Source of the DNA: Candidatus Woesearchaeota archaeon
GTDB taxonomy: Archaea; Nanobdellota; Nanobdellia; Woesearchaeales; GW2011-AR4
Assembly (NCBI GenBank): GCA_016187495.1
Contig: JACPJP010000018.1
Location: forward strand, 1 to 51,750
DNA: 51,750 bases
Direction: 5' to 3'
Shown: positions 36,215-45,143 of the stretch, piece after piece
How the letters are laid out: each line of letters starts with the position of its first letter
Numbering within the stretch: position 1 is the first letter of the stretch
Notes under the pieces: model-generated
Seen by the model: the letters and a program-made list of their open reading frames with translations, nothing else
The model's database searches: none
What the model was told of the DNA's origin: nothing
Made by a program: the position numbers and the translations under genes

Positions 36215-38956
36215 ATGGGCTTAACTAAAGAGGAAGTTAAACATGAAATTTTGAAATTAATTTCTTTATGTAATAAGAAAATAGAAGTTGGCGAAATTGA
36301 ATTTAATGAAGAACAAACTTGCAACGATTTGATAAAACCTCTGTTTAAAGTTTTAGGTTGGGATGTTGATAACCAAGAATATGATGAATTTATTTGTCAA
36401 TCAAAGTTAGGTAGAAAAAGATTAGATTATTTAGTGAAGTGTGATGGGATTTCAAGATTTTTTGTAGAAGCCAAAAAACTTAATAGGGATATTTATAACA
36501 ATGAAGAAGATTACACACAAACATTAAAGTATGGTAGAAGCAATGGACTACCATTTGCTATTTTAACTAATTTTAGGGAATTTTTAATTCTGTATTGTAA
36601 TTTTGATACGTCAAATATTTTTCAAACTATTGTAAGAAAGAGAATAAAATTATTAGATGGATTCAATGATGAGGATTTTGATTTAATTTGGGAATTTAGC
36701 AAAGAAAGGATAAAGAACAAAGACGAAAGATTTAATTTATTAAAAAAGCATATCAATCCAAATGTAGGATTTAGAGAGCCAGTTGATAAAGAATTGACGA
36801 TTTATTTTTGGAAATGGAGAGATAAATTATTAAGGAATGTTAAATCTCATAGAATAAAAAATAACATTACCAATGATACAGATTTTGGATATATCGAAGA
36901 AGAACTTCAAAGATTCATTGATAGATTTATATTTATATGTTATTGTGAAGATAATGAAATTGAAGATGTAAAATTATTACATCTATTAAATCAAAAAAAA
37001 GAAAACCACCCATTTAATCTTTTAGGAGCTATTCATAACTTATTTGGAGACCCTTATAATCGAAGGTATAATAGTGATTTATTTAGAAGTGGACTTTGTG
37101 ATAAATTTTACATTGAAGATGATGTTTTAGGAGATATAATAACTGATTTAAGAAGACCAAAAAATTCAGTTGCTTATGATTTTAGTGTTATACCAATTGA
37201 TGTTTTGGGAACAAGTTATGAAGAGTTTATCGGGCATATTCTAAAAATTGGTAAGGGAGTAACCCAAAAGTTAGATATTGGCAAAAGAAAATCTGAAGGA
37301 ATTTATTATACTCCCCCGCATATTGTTAGTTACATATTAGAAAAAAGTCTTGGTGAATATTTTAAATCACATAAAGATTTTGAAAATCTAAAAGTAATTG
37401 ACCCCACTTGCGGTAGTGGTTCTTTTTTATTGAAAGCTTTTGAAATTCTGGTTGAAGAATACAAAAATATAAATCAAAAAGAAGAGGTAATGTATAATGA
37501 AAAGATTAACCTACTCTTAAATTGTTTATATGGGGTAGATAAAGATGAAAGAGCTTGTGATATTGCCAAATTAAACTTATCTTTAAAGTTGGCTACAAGG
37601 AGAGAAAAAATTCCTGAACTTCATGATAACATCCTAAATTATGATAGCTTAATTGATGATGAATCTATTACTGGAAATAAAGGATTAAAATGGCAATTTT
37701 ATTTTAAAGATTTTTATAATGATAAAGGATTTTTTGATGTAATAGTTGGCAATCCCCCTTATGTTCACCAAAAGGGAGAAAAAGGAAAACCAAAAATCGA
37801 AATGAAGACAAGAGATTATTTTAGAAATAAATATGATTATGTGTATTCTAAAGATGAATCGACAAAAGGCGGAGTAAAATTAAATATGTTTGTCCCATAT
37901 ATTGAACGATTTATAAAATTATTGAGAGAGGATGGTTATTTTGGGTTTATAGTTCATAAGAACTTATTAAGGGTTGAATCGTACAAATTCATAAGAAAAT
38001 TTATTTTGGATAGCTGTGTAATCAAAACAATTGTAGATATGGCTTCAAGTGGTTTTAAGATAACTGGCGAAACAGCAATTTTTATTTTAAAAAAAGAGTC
38101 CAATGAAAAAATTAGAATGAACAATAAGATTGAGGTAATAACTCATATTCCAGACGTAGATATTAAAAATGGAACTAAATCCTTAATTAGCCAAAGTTCA
38201 TTCTATAAAAGTGGTTATATATTTAATATTTACTCAACTCCAGAATTAGAAGAAGTAAAAAATTCTGTGCTAAAATCATCTGAACTTTTGTCTTATTTAG
38301 ATGAGTCCGAAGAACTTAAAATTGTTAGTTTTGGTTTTGGAATTGACAATAAATATATAGTAAACAAAAAAATAGATTCTGATTATAAGCAATGTATAAG
38401 GGGGAGAGATATTGTGAAATTTGGATTAAAACCAGTTAAGAAATTTGTTTATTACAATAAAAGAGTATTGACCAGAATTGGAGATGAACAGGCATTTTTG
38501 AGCAAAGAAAAAATTGTTATGCAGAGAATTGCTGGTAAGATAATAGCAACACTTGACGAGAAGCAAAATTATTGTGAAAACTCAATAAATATGATACTGC
38601 CTACATCTAATGGAATTAATTTAAAGTATCTTTTAGGCATTTTAAATTCAAAGTTAATTGAATTTTATTATAAAAATTTTATAAATAATAGAGACCAAGT
38701 AACTAATAATGTAACTCAAACTTCTTTAGGAAAAATACCAATAAGGATTAACAAACAACATGAAAAACAAGTTATTGAATTAGTTGATAAATTATTATTA
38801 ACACAAGAAGAATTAGTCAAGTTATCAGAAAACGACAAAGAATACCGTAATTTAAGTAAAATTTTTGATAGATATAGCAAGCAGTTAGATGAAGAAATCT
38901 ATGAACTATACGATGTAAAAACATTCAAGGGTATAATAGAAAAGAGTTTGGAGTAA
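36215..38956 (+). CDS. Type IIG restriction-modification enzyme (endonuclease + N6-adenine MTase + specificity domain)
   Basis: N-terminal DY..VEAK..Q..Y..LTNF nuclease, GIYYTP, DPTCGSGSF, GNPPY, TaqI-like C-terminal YLLGILNS..DEEIYELY; very AT-rich. Confidence 0.92.
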   Translation: MGLTKEEVKHEILKLISLCNKKIEVGEIEFNEEQTCNDLIKPLFKVLGWDVDNQEYDEFICQSKLGRKRLDYLVKCDGISRFFVEAKKLNRDIYNNEEDYTQTLKYGRSNGLPFAILTNFREFLILYCNFDTSNIFQTIVRKRIKLLDGFNDEDFDLIWEFSKERIKNKDERFNLLKKHINPNVGFREPVDKELTIYFWKWRDKLLRNVKSHRIKNNITNDTDFGYIEEELQRFIDRFIFICYCEDNEIEDVKLLHLLNQKKENHPFNLLGAIHNLFGDPYNRRYNSDLFRSGLCDKFYIEDDVLGDIITDLRRPKNSVAYDFSVIPIDVLGTSYEEFIGHILKIGKGVTQKLDIGKRKSEGIYYTPPHIVSYILEKSLGEYFKSHKDFENLKVIDPTCGSGSFLLKAFEILVEEYKNINQKEEVMYNEKINLLLNCLYGVDKDERACDIAKLNLSLKLATRREKIPELHDNILNYDSLIDDESITGNKGLKWQFYFKDFYNDKGFFDVIVGNPPYVHQKGEKGKPKIEMKTRDYFRNKYDYVYSKDESTKGGVKLNMFVPYIERFIKLLREDGYFGFIVHKNLLRVESYKFIRKFILDSCVIKTIVDMASSGFKITGETAIFILKKESNEKIRMNNKIEVITHIPDVDIKNGTKSLISQSSFYKSGYIFNIYSTPELEEVKNSVLKSSELLSYLDESEELKIVSFGFGIDNKYIVNKKIDSDYKQCIRGRDIVKFGLKPVKKFVYYNKRVLTRIGDEQAFLSKEKIVMQRIAGKIIATLDEKQNYCENSINMILPTSNGINLKYLLGILNSKLIEFYYKNFINNRDQVTNNVTQTSLGKIPIRINKQHEKQVIELVDKLLLTQEELVKLSENDKEYRNLSKIFDRYSKQLDEEIYELYDVKTFKGIIEKSLE

Positions 38957-39068
38957 TCTGGCTTTGTGTAAGAAGTGGCTTCCGTGTATAAAGTAAGGAT
39001 TCTGTGTAGAAAGTCAAGGGAGTGTGTATAAAGTCGGGCAAAATTAAGACTTATTATACAAAGCAGAT
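38955..39068. mobile_element. MITE-like element with terminal inverted repeats and phased internal repeats
   Basis: Left end AATCTGGCTTTGTGTAAGAAGT; right end (reverse complement) AATCTGCTTTGTATAATAAGTC; internal GTGTA..AAGT copies at 38984, 39004 and 39024. Confidence 0.55.
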
Positions 39069-39123
39069 TGAGGGTGCTGTCTAATCTGCGTGACTTTTAG
39101 CTTTTACTTGTTTGCCTGTCGCT

Positions 39124-39618
39124 TTAGGGGACTTTGGAAAAAAACCAAACAATAATTATTATTATAGCCATACCAAAAATTAATATCCTAATTAACCAAT
39201 TTAATCGAGAGCCTTCTTGAGGATATATCTTAAGAAATTTAGAATAGATTAATACCGATATAGCCAATAGGAATATTATGATGGTTATTAAGAAAATCAT
39301 CGATATTGAATTATAAATTATATCTTTGATAGAAGCATCTTCTTTAATATGAGCAGGTTTCAAATTTTCCATATAAGGTTCAATCTGAATTATAAAAGCC
39401 ATTAGTGCAGTTATTGAAATCACAATAGTTCCCAGCATTAAAACCTCATTAAAATCAGCCTGCCTTCTCTCTAATTTTCTTGTTTCTTGTAAGCTCTCTA
39501 ATTGAACTATATCGACACAAGTATTATGGTTATGGGGAACAATTTTCTTGCAATGAGGGCAAAGCAAGTGATTTTCATCAATCCTTTCAGCTGGCTCGTA
39601 ATTAGCTATTATTAACAC
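39124..39618 (-). CDS. Hypothetical membrane protein with N-terminal CxxC
   Basis: CPHC followed by three hydrophobic segments; start uncertain. Confidence 0.55.
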   Translation of the reverse strand: MLIIANYEPAERIDENHLLCPHCKKIVPHNHNTCVDIVQLESLQETRKLERRQADFNEVLMLGTIVISITALMAFIIQIEPYMENLKPAHIKEDASIKDIIYNSISMIFLITIIIFLLAISVLIYSKFLKIYPQEGSRLNWLIRILIFGMAIIIIIVWFFSKVP

Positions 39619-39676
39619 CTATTTATTTTATTTTGATTATCATTATAAACTTTTCTTCAACAATTCCACCCCATTC

Positions 39677-39931
39677 CTAATAAGCCCTTGACCTTTTCTC
39701 AATATCAGAAATAAATACTAAACTTTCCTCATAATGGACCGTATATTGTATCCTATGATCTCCAACCCTGACTCTGAATATTTTTTCCTTTCGGTTTACT
39801 ACTCTCTTGACATCGGTTGGAAACGGTTCTGCACATAATTTTTCTATTCTTTCAATTATTCTTTTGGCAAGTTGCTCTTCAGCTTTATTGAGAAATTTTT
39901 TAGCATGGGAAGAAAGTTGAATTTCAAACAT
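39677..39931 (-). CDS. relE: RelE/ParE-family toxin
   Basis: AKKFLNK, FRVRVGDHRI.Y, IEKRSRAY; 84 aa. Confidence 0.92.
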   Translation of the reverse strand: MFEIQLSSHAKKFLNKAEEQLAKRIIERIEKLCAEPFPTDVKRVVNRKEKIFRVRVGDHRIQYTVHYEESLVFISDIEKRSRAY

Positions 39932-39932
39932 C

Positions 39933-40136
39933 TTATAATCCTAGCTCTTTTTTAAGTTCAGAAAGCGATGTAGCTTTTCCTTCTTTGAGTTCTTTTAGGC
40001 TCTCTTCAAATCTCCTGCTTTCTTCCGTAGTCATTATTGTATCTGGATCAAACATATGCCTTTTGATGAATGTAACATCCTCCTTAATCCCCTTAAGCTC
40101 ATCATAAATTTTTCGTATTGTGGTTGTTTCTGCCAT
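39933..40136 (-). CDS. Antitoxin partner of RelE
   Basis: 67-aa gene 1 bp upstream of relE with the typical EE...SLKELKEGK..SLSELKKELGL tail. Confidence 0.85.
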   Translation of the reverse strand: MAETTTIRKIYDELKGIKEDVTFIKRHMFDPDTIMTTEESRRFEESLKELKEGKATSLSELKKELGL

Positions 40137-40187
40137 AGGGGAACCAATAGCATATTAGGATATTTAAATCTTATGGAATAATTTAAC

Positions 40188-42080
40188 CTAATAATTCACC
40201 AGAATCTCGACATCTTTCCCGAAAATATTCTTTAAATCCTCAAATATAGGCTCTTTGATAAAAACTTTAGGCGGTATTTCCACTTTTGTCAAAACCTTCT
40301 CAAGTTCCGCCAAAGAGCTTTTTTCCGTCGTTCCTAGGCTTCCGTCTTCCTTGATCTTTGCCTTGCTTATCTCCTTTTCCTCATGGTCTATATCATGTAT
40401 AATGAAAGCAACGTCTCCAAGCAAGATTACTTCCCCATATCTGCTGCCGTGCTTCACTCTTATCTTTGCCCTCTCTAGCTCTCTCCCTCTTTTGCGCTGC
40501 AAATATTCAACTAAAAACTTGATGAATTCATTAGAGTCTTTCTTCACTTTCTCGACCTCAACTCTAGTCAGCTTTTTTTCATCATAATCTTTCTTTGCCT
40601 TTAATATCTCATTCAATATCCTCAAAAATTTTGCTGGAATCTTGCCTTGGCTGATGAGCTCGTCCTCAAACAATTTGACAACTTCCTCATCCTCTACCTT
40701 TTCAACACCTTCCATGCGCAGAACATCCCTTATTATTGTGACAATAGTCTCATAAATCTTGACCATATCATCTTCTTCCTTTATCCTCTCTATTTGCGTA
40801 AACAATCTTTTGATCCTTTTTAGGTACTTATCGCTTTCATCCAGCAGCTCGTCTATTTCTTTTCCACTTACATCCTTTCTTTCGCCATGCTCGATTGCTT
40901 TCCTCAGATCTATTACTCTCTCAAGCGTCTTGACATACTTGTCCTCAAGCATATTCTCCTTCTGCACGAAAATTTCCCTCATTAATGCAGCTGTCTCTTT
41001 CGGAGCAGGGGGAGGAACTCCATGAAGCATCAAAGCAGCCTGCGAAGGCGTCAATATTGCATAATAAATATCTTCCATGCCTATATCTTTAAGCTTTAAT
41101 TCAACCCTCTTTAGCATTTGTTCGCCGGAACCCATAAACATGTCTATTGCCTCAGGACTTGGCTTTATCTTTCCCATCTTCAGCAATTGTTTCCATGCCA
41201 TGAAAATACCCCTGTCATAGAATGGAACTCCATCTCTAAGCAAAGTAAATATTATTGGATTGGCTTCCCTTAAGCTGTCCCAGAAATCCGTCAAAATGTA
41301 AACTTGTATGTTTAGCTTATTCTTTATGCCTGTAAGTTCGCCTGCCTCTATGCCAATTCCTATTATTATTGCCCTTAGCTTGTCTTTCAATTCCGCTCTT
41401 GTCATCTTTTTGACGTCAGTATCGTCAATAACAATCCATACATCGATATCAGAGCTTGGAGTTGCCCTTCCTTGCACTAAACTGCCTGCTAAAACATAGC
41501 TTACAATGTACTTTTCAAACTTCTTTAGAACCATGGTCTTATGTATTTCCGCTATCTTGATTGCGGCTAGCATGCCTCTATCAAATATAGGCGCAGATAA
41601 AGCTATCAGCTGCAATACCTCATATTTGCCGTCATAGCAGTTCTGCCATAACTCTGATAATATCACAACTTGCGGAATTAGATTTTTGTCAATCTCCTTA
41701 GCCGTATTGCTCATTATGACACTAAGCTTGTCTTTTAGCTCAAACTTAGACATCTTCTTGCTGTCGAAATCATCTACAAGAACAAGAACGCTTATTTTGT
41801 CTTTGTCGGCTAGCTGTTGCGTACTATGTTTTTGCAAATCTTGCTGCTGCTCCGCAGCCTTTGGCGGAGGCAATAGAGTAATCCCAACAATATATTTGTC
41901 GAATTTCTCTAGTATTATCTTCTGAAATTTGTCAAGTTTAGTCTTTATGCTCTTTAATTTTTCCTGGACATCTTTTGGCAGCTTTTCAAGACTTTTTTCC
42001 GGCAAAGCTGTATTGCCTTCTTTTACAGCCGCACTTCCAGAATCAGTTTTATCCCCATCTTTATTTCTTTTTTTCGCCAT
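40188..42080 (-). CDS. Tandem minimal-nucleotidyltransferase domains plus HEPN-like helical domains
   Basis: Active-type GS..G.ATPSSDIDV in the second repeat, degenerate first repeat (shared KF.KYIV and VDD.D.KKM...ELKDKL), followed by the helical bundle YYAILTPSQAALM. Confidence 0.75.
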   Translation of the reverse strand: MAKKRNKDGDKTDSGSAAVKEGNTALPEKSLEKLPKDVQEKLKSIKTKLDKFQKIILEKFDKYIVGITLLPPPKAAEQQQDLQKHSTQQLADKDKISVLVLVDDFDSKKMSKFELKDKLSVIMSNTAKEIDKNLIPQVVILSELWQNCYDGKYEVLQLIALSAPIFDRGMLAAIKIAEIHKTMVLKKFEKYIVSYVLAGSLVQGRATPSSDIDVWIVIDDTDVKKMTRAELKDKLRAIIIGIGIEAGELTGIKNKLNIQVYILTDFWDSLREANPIIFTLLRDGVPFYDRGIFMAWKQLLKMGKIKPSPEAIDMFMGSGEQMLKRVELKLKDIGMEDIYYAILTPSQAALMLHGVPPPAPKETAALMREIFVQKENMLEDKYVKTLERVIDLRKAIEHGERKDVSGKEIDELLDESDKYLKRIKRLFTQIERIKEEDDMVKIYETIVTIIRDVLRMEGVEKVEDEEVVKLFEDELISQGKIPAKFLRILNEILKAKKDYDEKKLTRVEVEKVKKDSNEFIKFLVEYLQRKRGRELERAKIRVKHGSRYGEVILLGDVAFIIHDIDHEEKEISKAKIKEDGSLGTTEKSSLAELEKVLTKVEIPPKVFIKEPIFEDLKNIFGKDVEILVNY

Positions 42081-42211
42081 AACTAAAAACTCCGAGTTAT
42101 TTTGTTGTTTATAAAGGTTTTGAAAAAGCTTTGCTGTTTCAAATACCTAGAAAAAATGGTTTTTTCCGCTGCTTTTGATGACCTTCTTACAACATAAAAA
42201 TAAGATACTAT

Positions 42212-42380
42212 TCATCTTCGCGAATGATGTATCTTTTTGGCCCTGATTTTGATGAGCCCTCGTAATTTGTCTCTTCCCAGTTTTAGACATGTCTCTACAG
42301 CTTCTGCTGGTGTCTTTTTGAGACTTTGATGCGGATTGACAAAGTTGTGTATGATGTGCCTCAGATTAAGAAATGCTTTT
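42212..42380 (-). pseudogene. C-terminal relic of a DDE transposase
   Basis: HNFVNPHQSLKKTPAEA...LKLG..KL..LI matches the C-terminus of archaeal DDE/integrase-core transposases; no N-terminal part is present. Confidence 0.65.
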
Positions 42381-42570
42381 AAATAAAAACGCAAAAGTTT
42401 AGTAAATAATATACGCAAGAGAAAGAGGCTTCAGACGTTAGTCTGAATAGTTTCATTTTTAGAAGTTTATTTATAAGCCCTACATTAGATTATTGTGTAA
42501 AGTCGGTTTTATCTTTATACTAATGCAACATATCATACTATTGGAAATTACAATGAGTATATAAAGGCTT

Positions 42571-42618
42571 ACTAATCTAATTTAGCAATAATATACTATT
42601 TTCACTAATCTAATTTAG
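42571..42618. repeat. 15-bp direct repeat pair (candidate operator) upstream of the AAA+ gene
   Basis: ACTAATCTAATTTAG at 42571-42585 and 42604-42618, immediately before a TTTATATA box. Confidence 0.75.
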
Positions 42619-42654
42619 TAACATTTATATATAAGTAATAATATCTATTAGTTA

Positions 42655-44154
42655 ATGAACGAAAAAACAATAATTGACTTTTTATCATTACAAAATAGAT
42701 GGTGGTATAATAAAAATGATTTTCCTTTTGATAAAACATATCAATTTAAGAGAAGTGACTATGGATATATACTACATCAACTCCTCCCAATTAAAGATGC
42801 AATTGTGATTTATGGTCCAAGGGGTGTCGGCAAATCTACCATCTTATATGAACTAATTAGGCATTTATTAGGTTTCCCAAAAGATATCACTAAACACGAC
42901 CAAGAAATAAAAGAATCAAATGAAGGTGGTGTGGATAATAAAAGAATATTATATGTAACTTTTGAAGAATCTTCACTTAGAAATTTAAAGATTCTTGATG
43001 TATTAAAGATTTATAGTAAGTATATCCTAAATGAAGACATATCCCAGCTTGGAAAACAAATCTATGTATTTTTAGATGAAATACAAAATATTGGAGAATG
43101 GGGTGATGAAATAAAGATAATCCAAGACTTAAATTATCCAATAAAATTTATGATTACTGGATCGTCTAGTACAGCTATGGAAAATGAGGCATCTAAAGCT
43201 ACAAGAAGATTAAACTTATATTCTATGCACCCACTTAAATTTTCAGATTTTCTTAGGTACCATTTTTCTGATGTAGCTTTCGATCCTGTGTTAAAAGAAG
43301 CTAGAGCTATAAGGTCAGTGCTTATTGAAGCCTGTAATAAAAATCAACCTCAAAAAATATTAGATTCTTTTTTGCGACTTTACAATAATTTGAAGCCATG
43401 GCAAACCAAAATTGAGATATCTTTTCAAGAATATTTTATTAAAGGGGGGTATCCACAATTACTCGATGAAAAAGACTATTCAAAATGTGCTTCAAGATTA
43501 AGAGAAACTTTTTGGTTAGGATTCCACAAGGATATCGTTTTAGCTAAGGGAATAGGGGACCCAGTAGGCATGCAAGAATTAACGCTTTATATCTCATCAA
43601 TATCTTCTTGTGAAACCAATTATACTTCATTAATGAAAAAAAGTGGAGCTACTACAAACACTGGCATGTTAAAAAAATATTTATACCATCTCGAGAAAAA
43701 TTTTTTAGTTAATATGTCCTTCAAATTTGAAAGAAAACCTTCCAGAAAAAGTTCGTCTTTTAAGATATACCTGCAAGACATTGCCGTAAGAAATATGTTA
43801 CAAGGAATGTTAAACGAACTTCTTTTAAATGACCAAAATCAGTATGGTTTGGCAATGGAAACATTAGTTTTCGACCATTTAGTTAGGCTTTATTTTAAGA
43901 TAAGGCCAGGTATGTTAATGTATTACTGGAAAGATTCTAAAACTAACAAGGAAGTCGATTTTATTTTAAAATTAAATGGAGATTTAATGCCATTTGAAGT
44001 AAAGAAGGCAGATTCCCCTTCCCTTTCTGATGTTATAGGGCTTAGGATGTTTTGTAAAGAAAAATTGCCTGGAATAGTAATATGTGGGAAAAAACTAAGT
44101 TTAGAAGAAAATATCTTGTTTGTACCCCATTGGTTATTCCTTATGATATGTTGA
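42655..44154 (+). CDS. AAA+ ATPase, COG1373/DUF4143 family, with C-terminal PD-(D/E)XK-like domain
   Basis: GPRGVGKS, FLDEIQ, ITGSS, GGYP, KIYLQD, EVDF..PFEVK. Confidence 0.9.
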   Translation: MNEKTIIDFLSLQNRWWYNKNDFPFDKTYQFKRSDYGYILHQLLPIKDAIVIYGPRGVGKSTILYELIRHLLGFPKDITKHDQEIKESNEGGVDNKRILYVTFEESSLRNLKILDVLKIYSKYILNEDISQLGKQIYVFLDEIQNIGEWGDEIKIIQDLNYPIKFMITGSSSTAMENEASKATRRLNLYSMHPLKFSDFLRYHFSDVAFDPVLKEARAIRSVLIEACNKNQPQKILDSFLRLYNNLKPWQTKIEISFQEYFIKGGYPQLLDEKDYSKCASRLRETFWLGFHKDIVLAKGIGDPVGMQELTLYISSISSCETNYTSLMKKSGATTNTGMLKKYLYHLEKNFLVNMSFKFERKPSRKSSSFKIYLQDIAVRNMLQGMLNELLLNDQNQYGLAMETLVFDHLVRLYFKIRPGMLMYYWKDSKTNKEVDFILKLNGDLMPFEVKKADSPSLSDVIGLRMFCKEKLPGIVICGKKLSLEENILFVPHWLFLMIC

Positions 44155-44321
44155 TTAAAAAAGGAATTTAGGTGTATAGCTGACTCAAATTATTATATGA
44201 AACATAGGTTTTTGTGCAAAAAGAGGTTATTGTGCAAAGCCAAAAAAAAACAATTAACTTTAAATATTGACCTATTTTCCCATAAAAATGCCCAATAATA
44301 CTACTTAAAGTAGGAGGGAAG

Positions 44322-45143
44322 ATGGACAAAGCATTAATAGCAGCCACACTGAAGAAAGTAAGGGATAATTCTCCTAAAAAGAACTTCAAGCAGAGCCTTG
44401 ACTTAATTATGAACCTCAAGGGCCTTGACTTAAAGAAGCCCGAGCATCAGGTAAATATATTTGTCACTTTTCAATATGGCACCGGCAAGAATGTTTCTGT
44501 CTGCGCTTTAGTGGAGCCAGATTTAGCATCAAAAGCAAAAGAAGCCTGCGATGAAACAATTACTATCGATCAATTTGAAAGGTTCAAAAGCAAGGCGGAA
44601 GCAAAAAAGCTCGCAAATAAATATGATTTCTTTATTGCTCAATCATCAATAATGCCTAAAGTTGCCACTACATTCGGCCGCTACTTGGGACCGAGAGGCA
44701 AAATGCCAAATCCGAAAATAGGTAGCGTCCTTACCCCTGCTTCTAATATAAAGCAGCTGTGCGACCAGCTTAAAAGGACCGTGCTTTTAGTGACTAAAAA
44801 TGAGCCTACAATAAAGTGCAGAATAGGAAATGAAGACACAAAAGATGACGAGGCAATAGACAACATACTGGCAGTTTACAATAGTGTTGCGCAAAAGCTC
44901 CCCAATGACAAGCAGAACATAAAAAGTGTAATGCTGAAGCTTACAATGGGACATTCATTCGCAATAGGCGCTGAAGAAGAGGTAGAAGTTAAGCCGCAGG
45001 GCAGGGAAAAGGCAAAAGCAAAGGAAAAAGGAGTATTGAAGGAAGAAAAAGCAAAAGCTGCAGAAACTAGCCTTAAAGAAGCTCATGAAACAAACGAAAA
45101 AAGGCAGGAAATAAAGCCAAAATCTAGGAAAAGGGGCAAATGA
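44322..45143 (+). CDS. rpl1: 50S ribosomal protein L1 (uL1)
   Basis: KNFKQSLDLIMNLK, LGPRGKMP, KLTMG. Confidence 0.97.
   Translation: MDKALIAATLKKVRDNSPKKNFKQSLDLIMNLKGLDLKKPEHQVNIFVTFQYGTGKNVSVCALVEPDLASKAKEACDETITIDQFERFKSKAEAKKLANKYDFFIAQSSIMPKVATTFGRYLGPRGKMPNPKIGSVLTPASNIKQLCDQLKRTVLLVTKNEPTIKCRIGNEDTKDDEAIDNILAVYNSVAQKLPNDKQNIKSVMLKLTMGHSFAIGAEEEVEVKPQGREKAKAKEKGVLKEEKAKAAETSLKEAHETNEKRQEIKPKSRKRGK

Noticed and set aside
38960-39040. Possible mini-CRISPR array
   Set aside because: The period is only about 20 bp with degenerate units and no 30-40 bp spacers.
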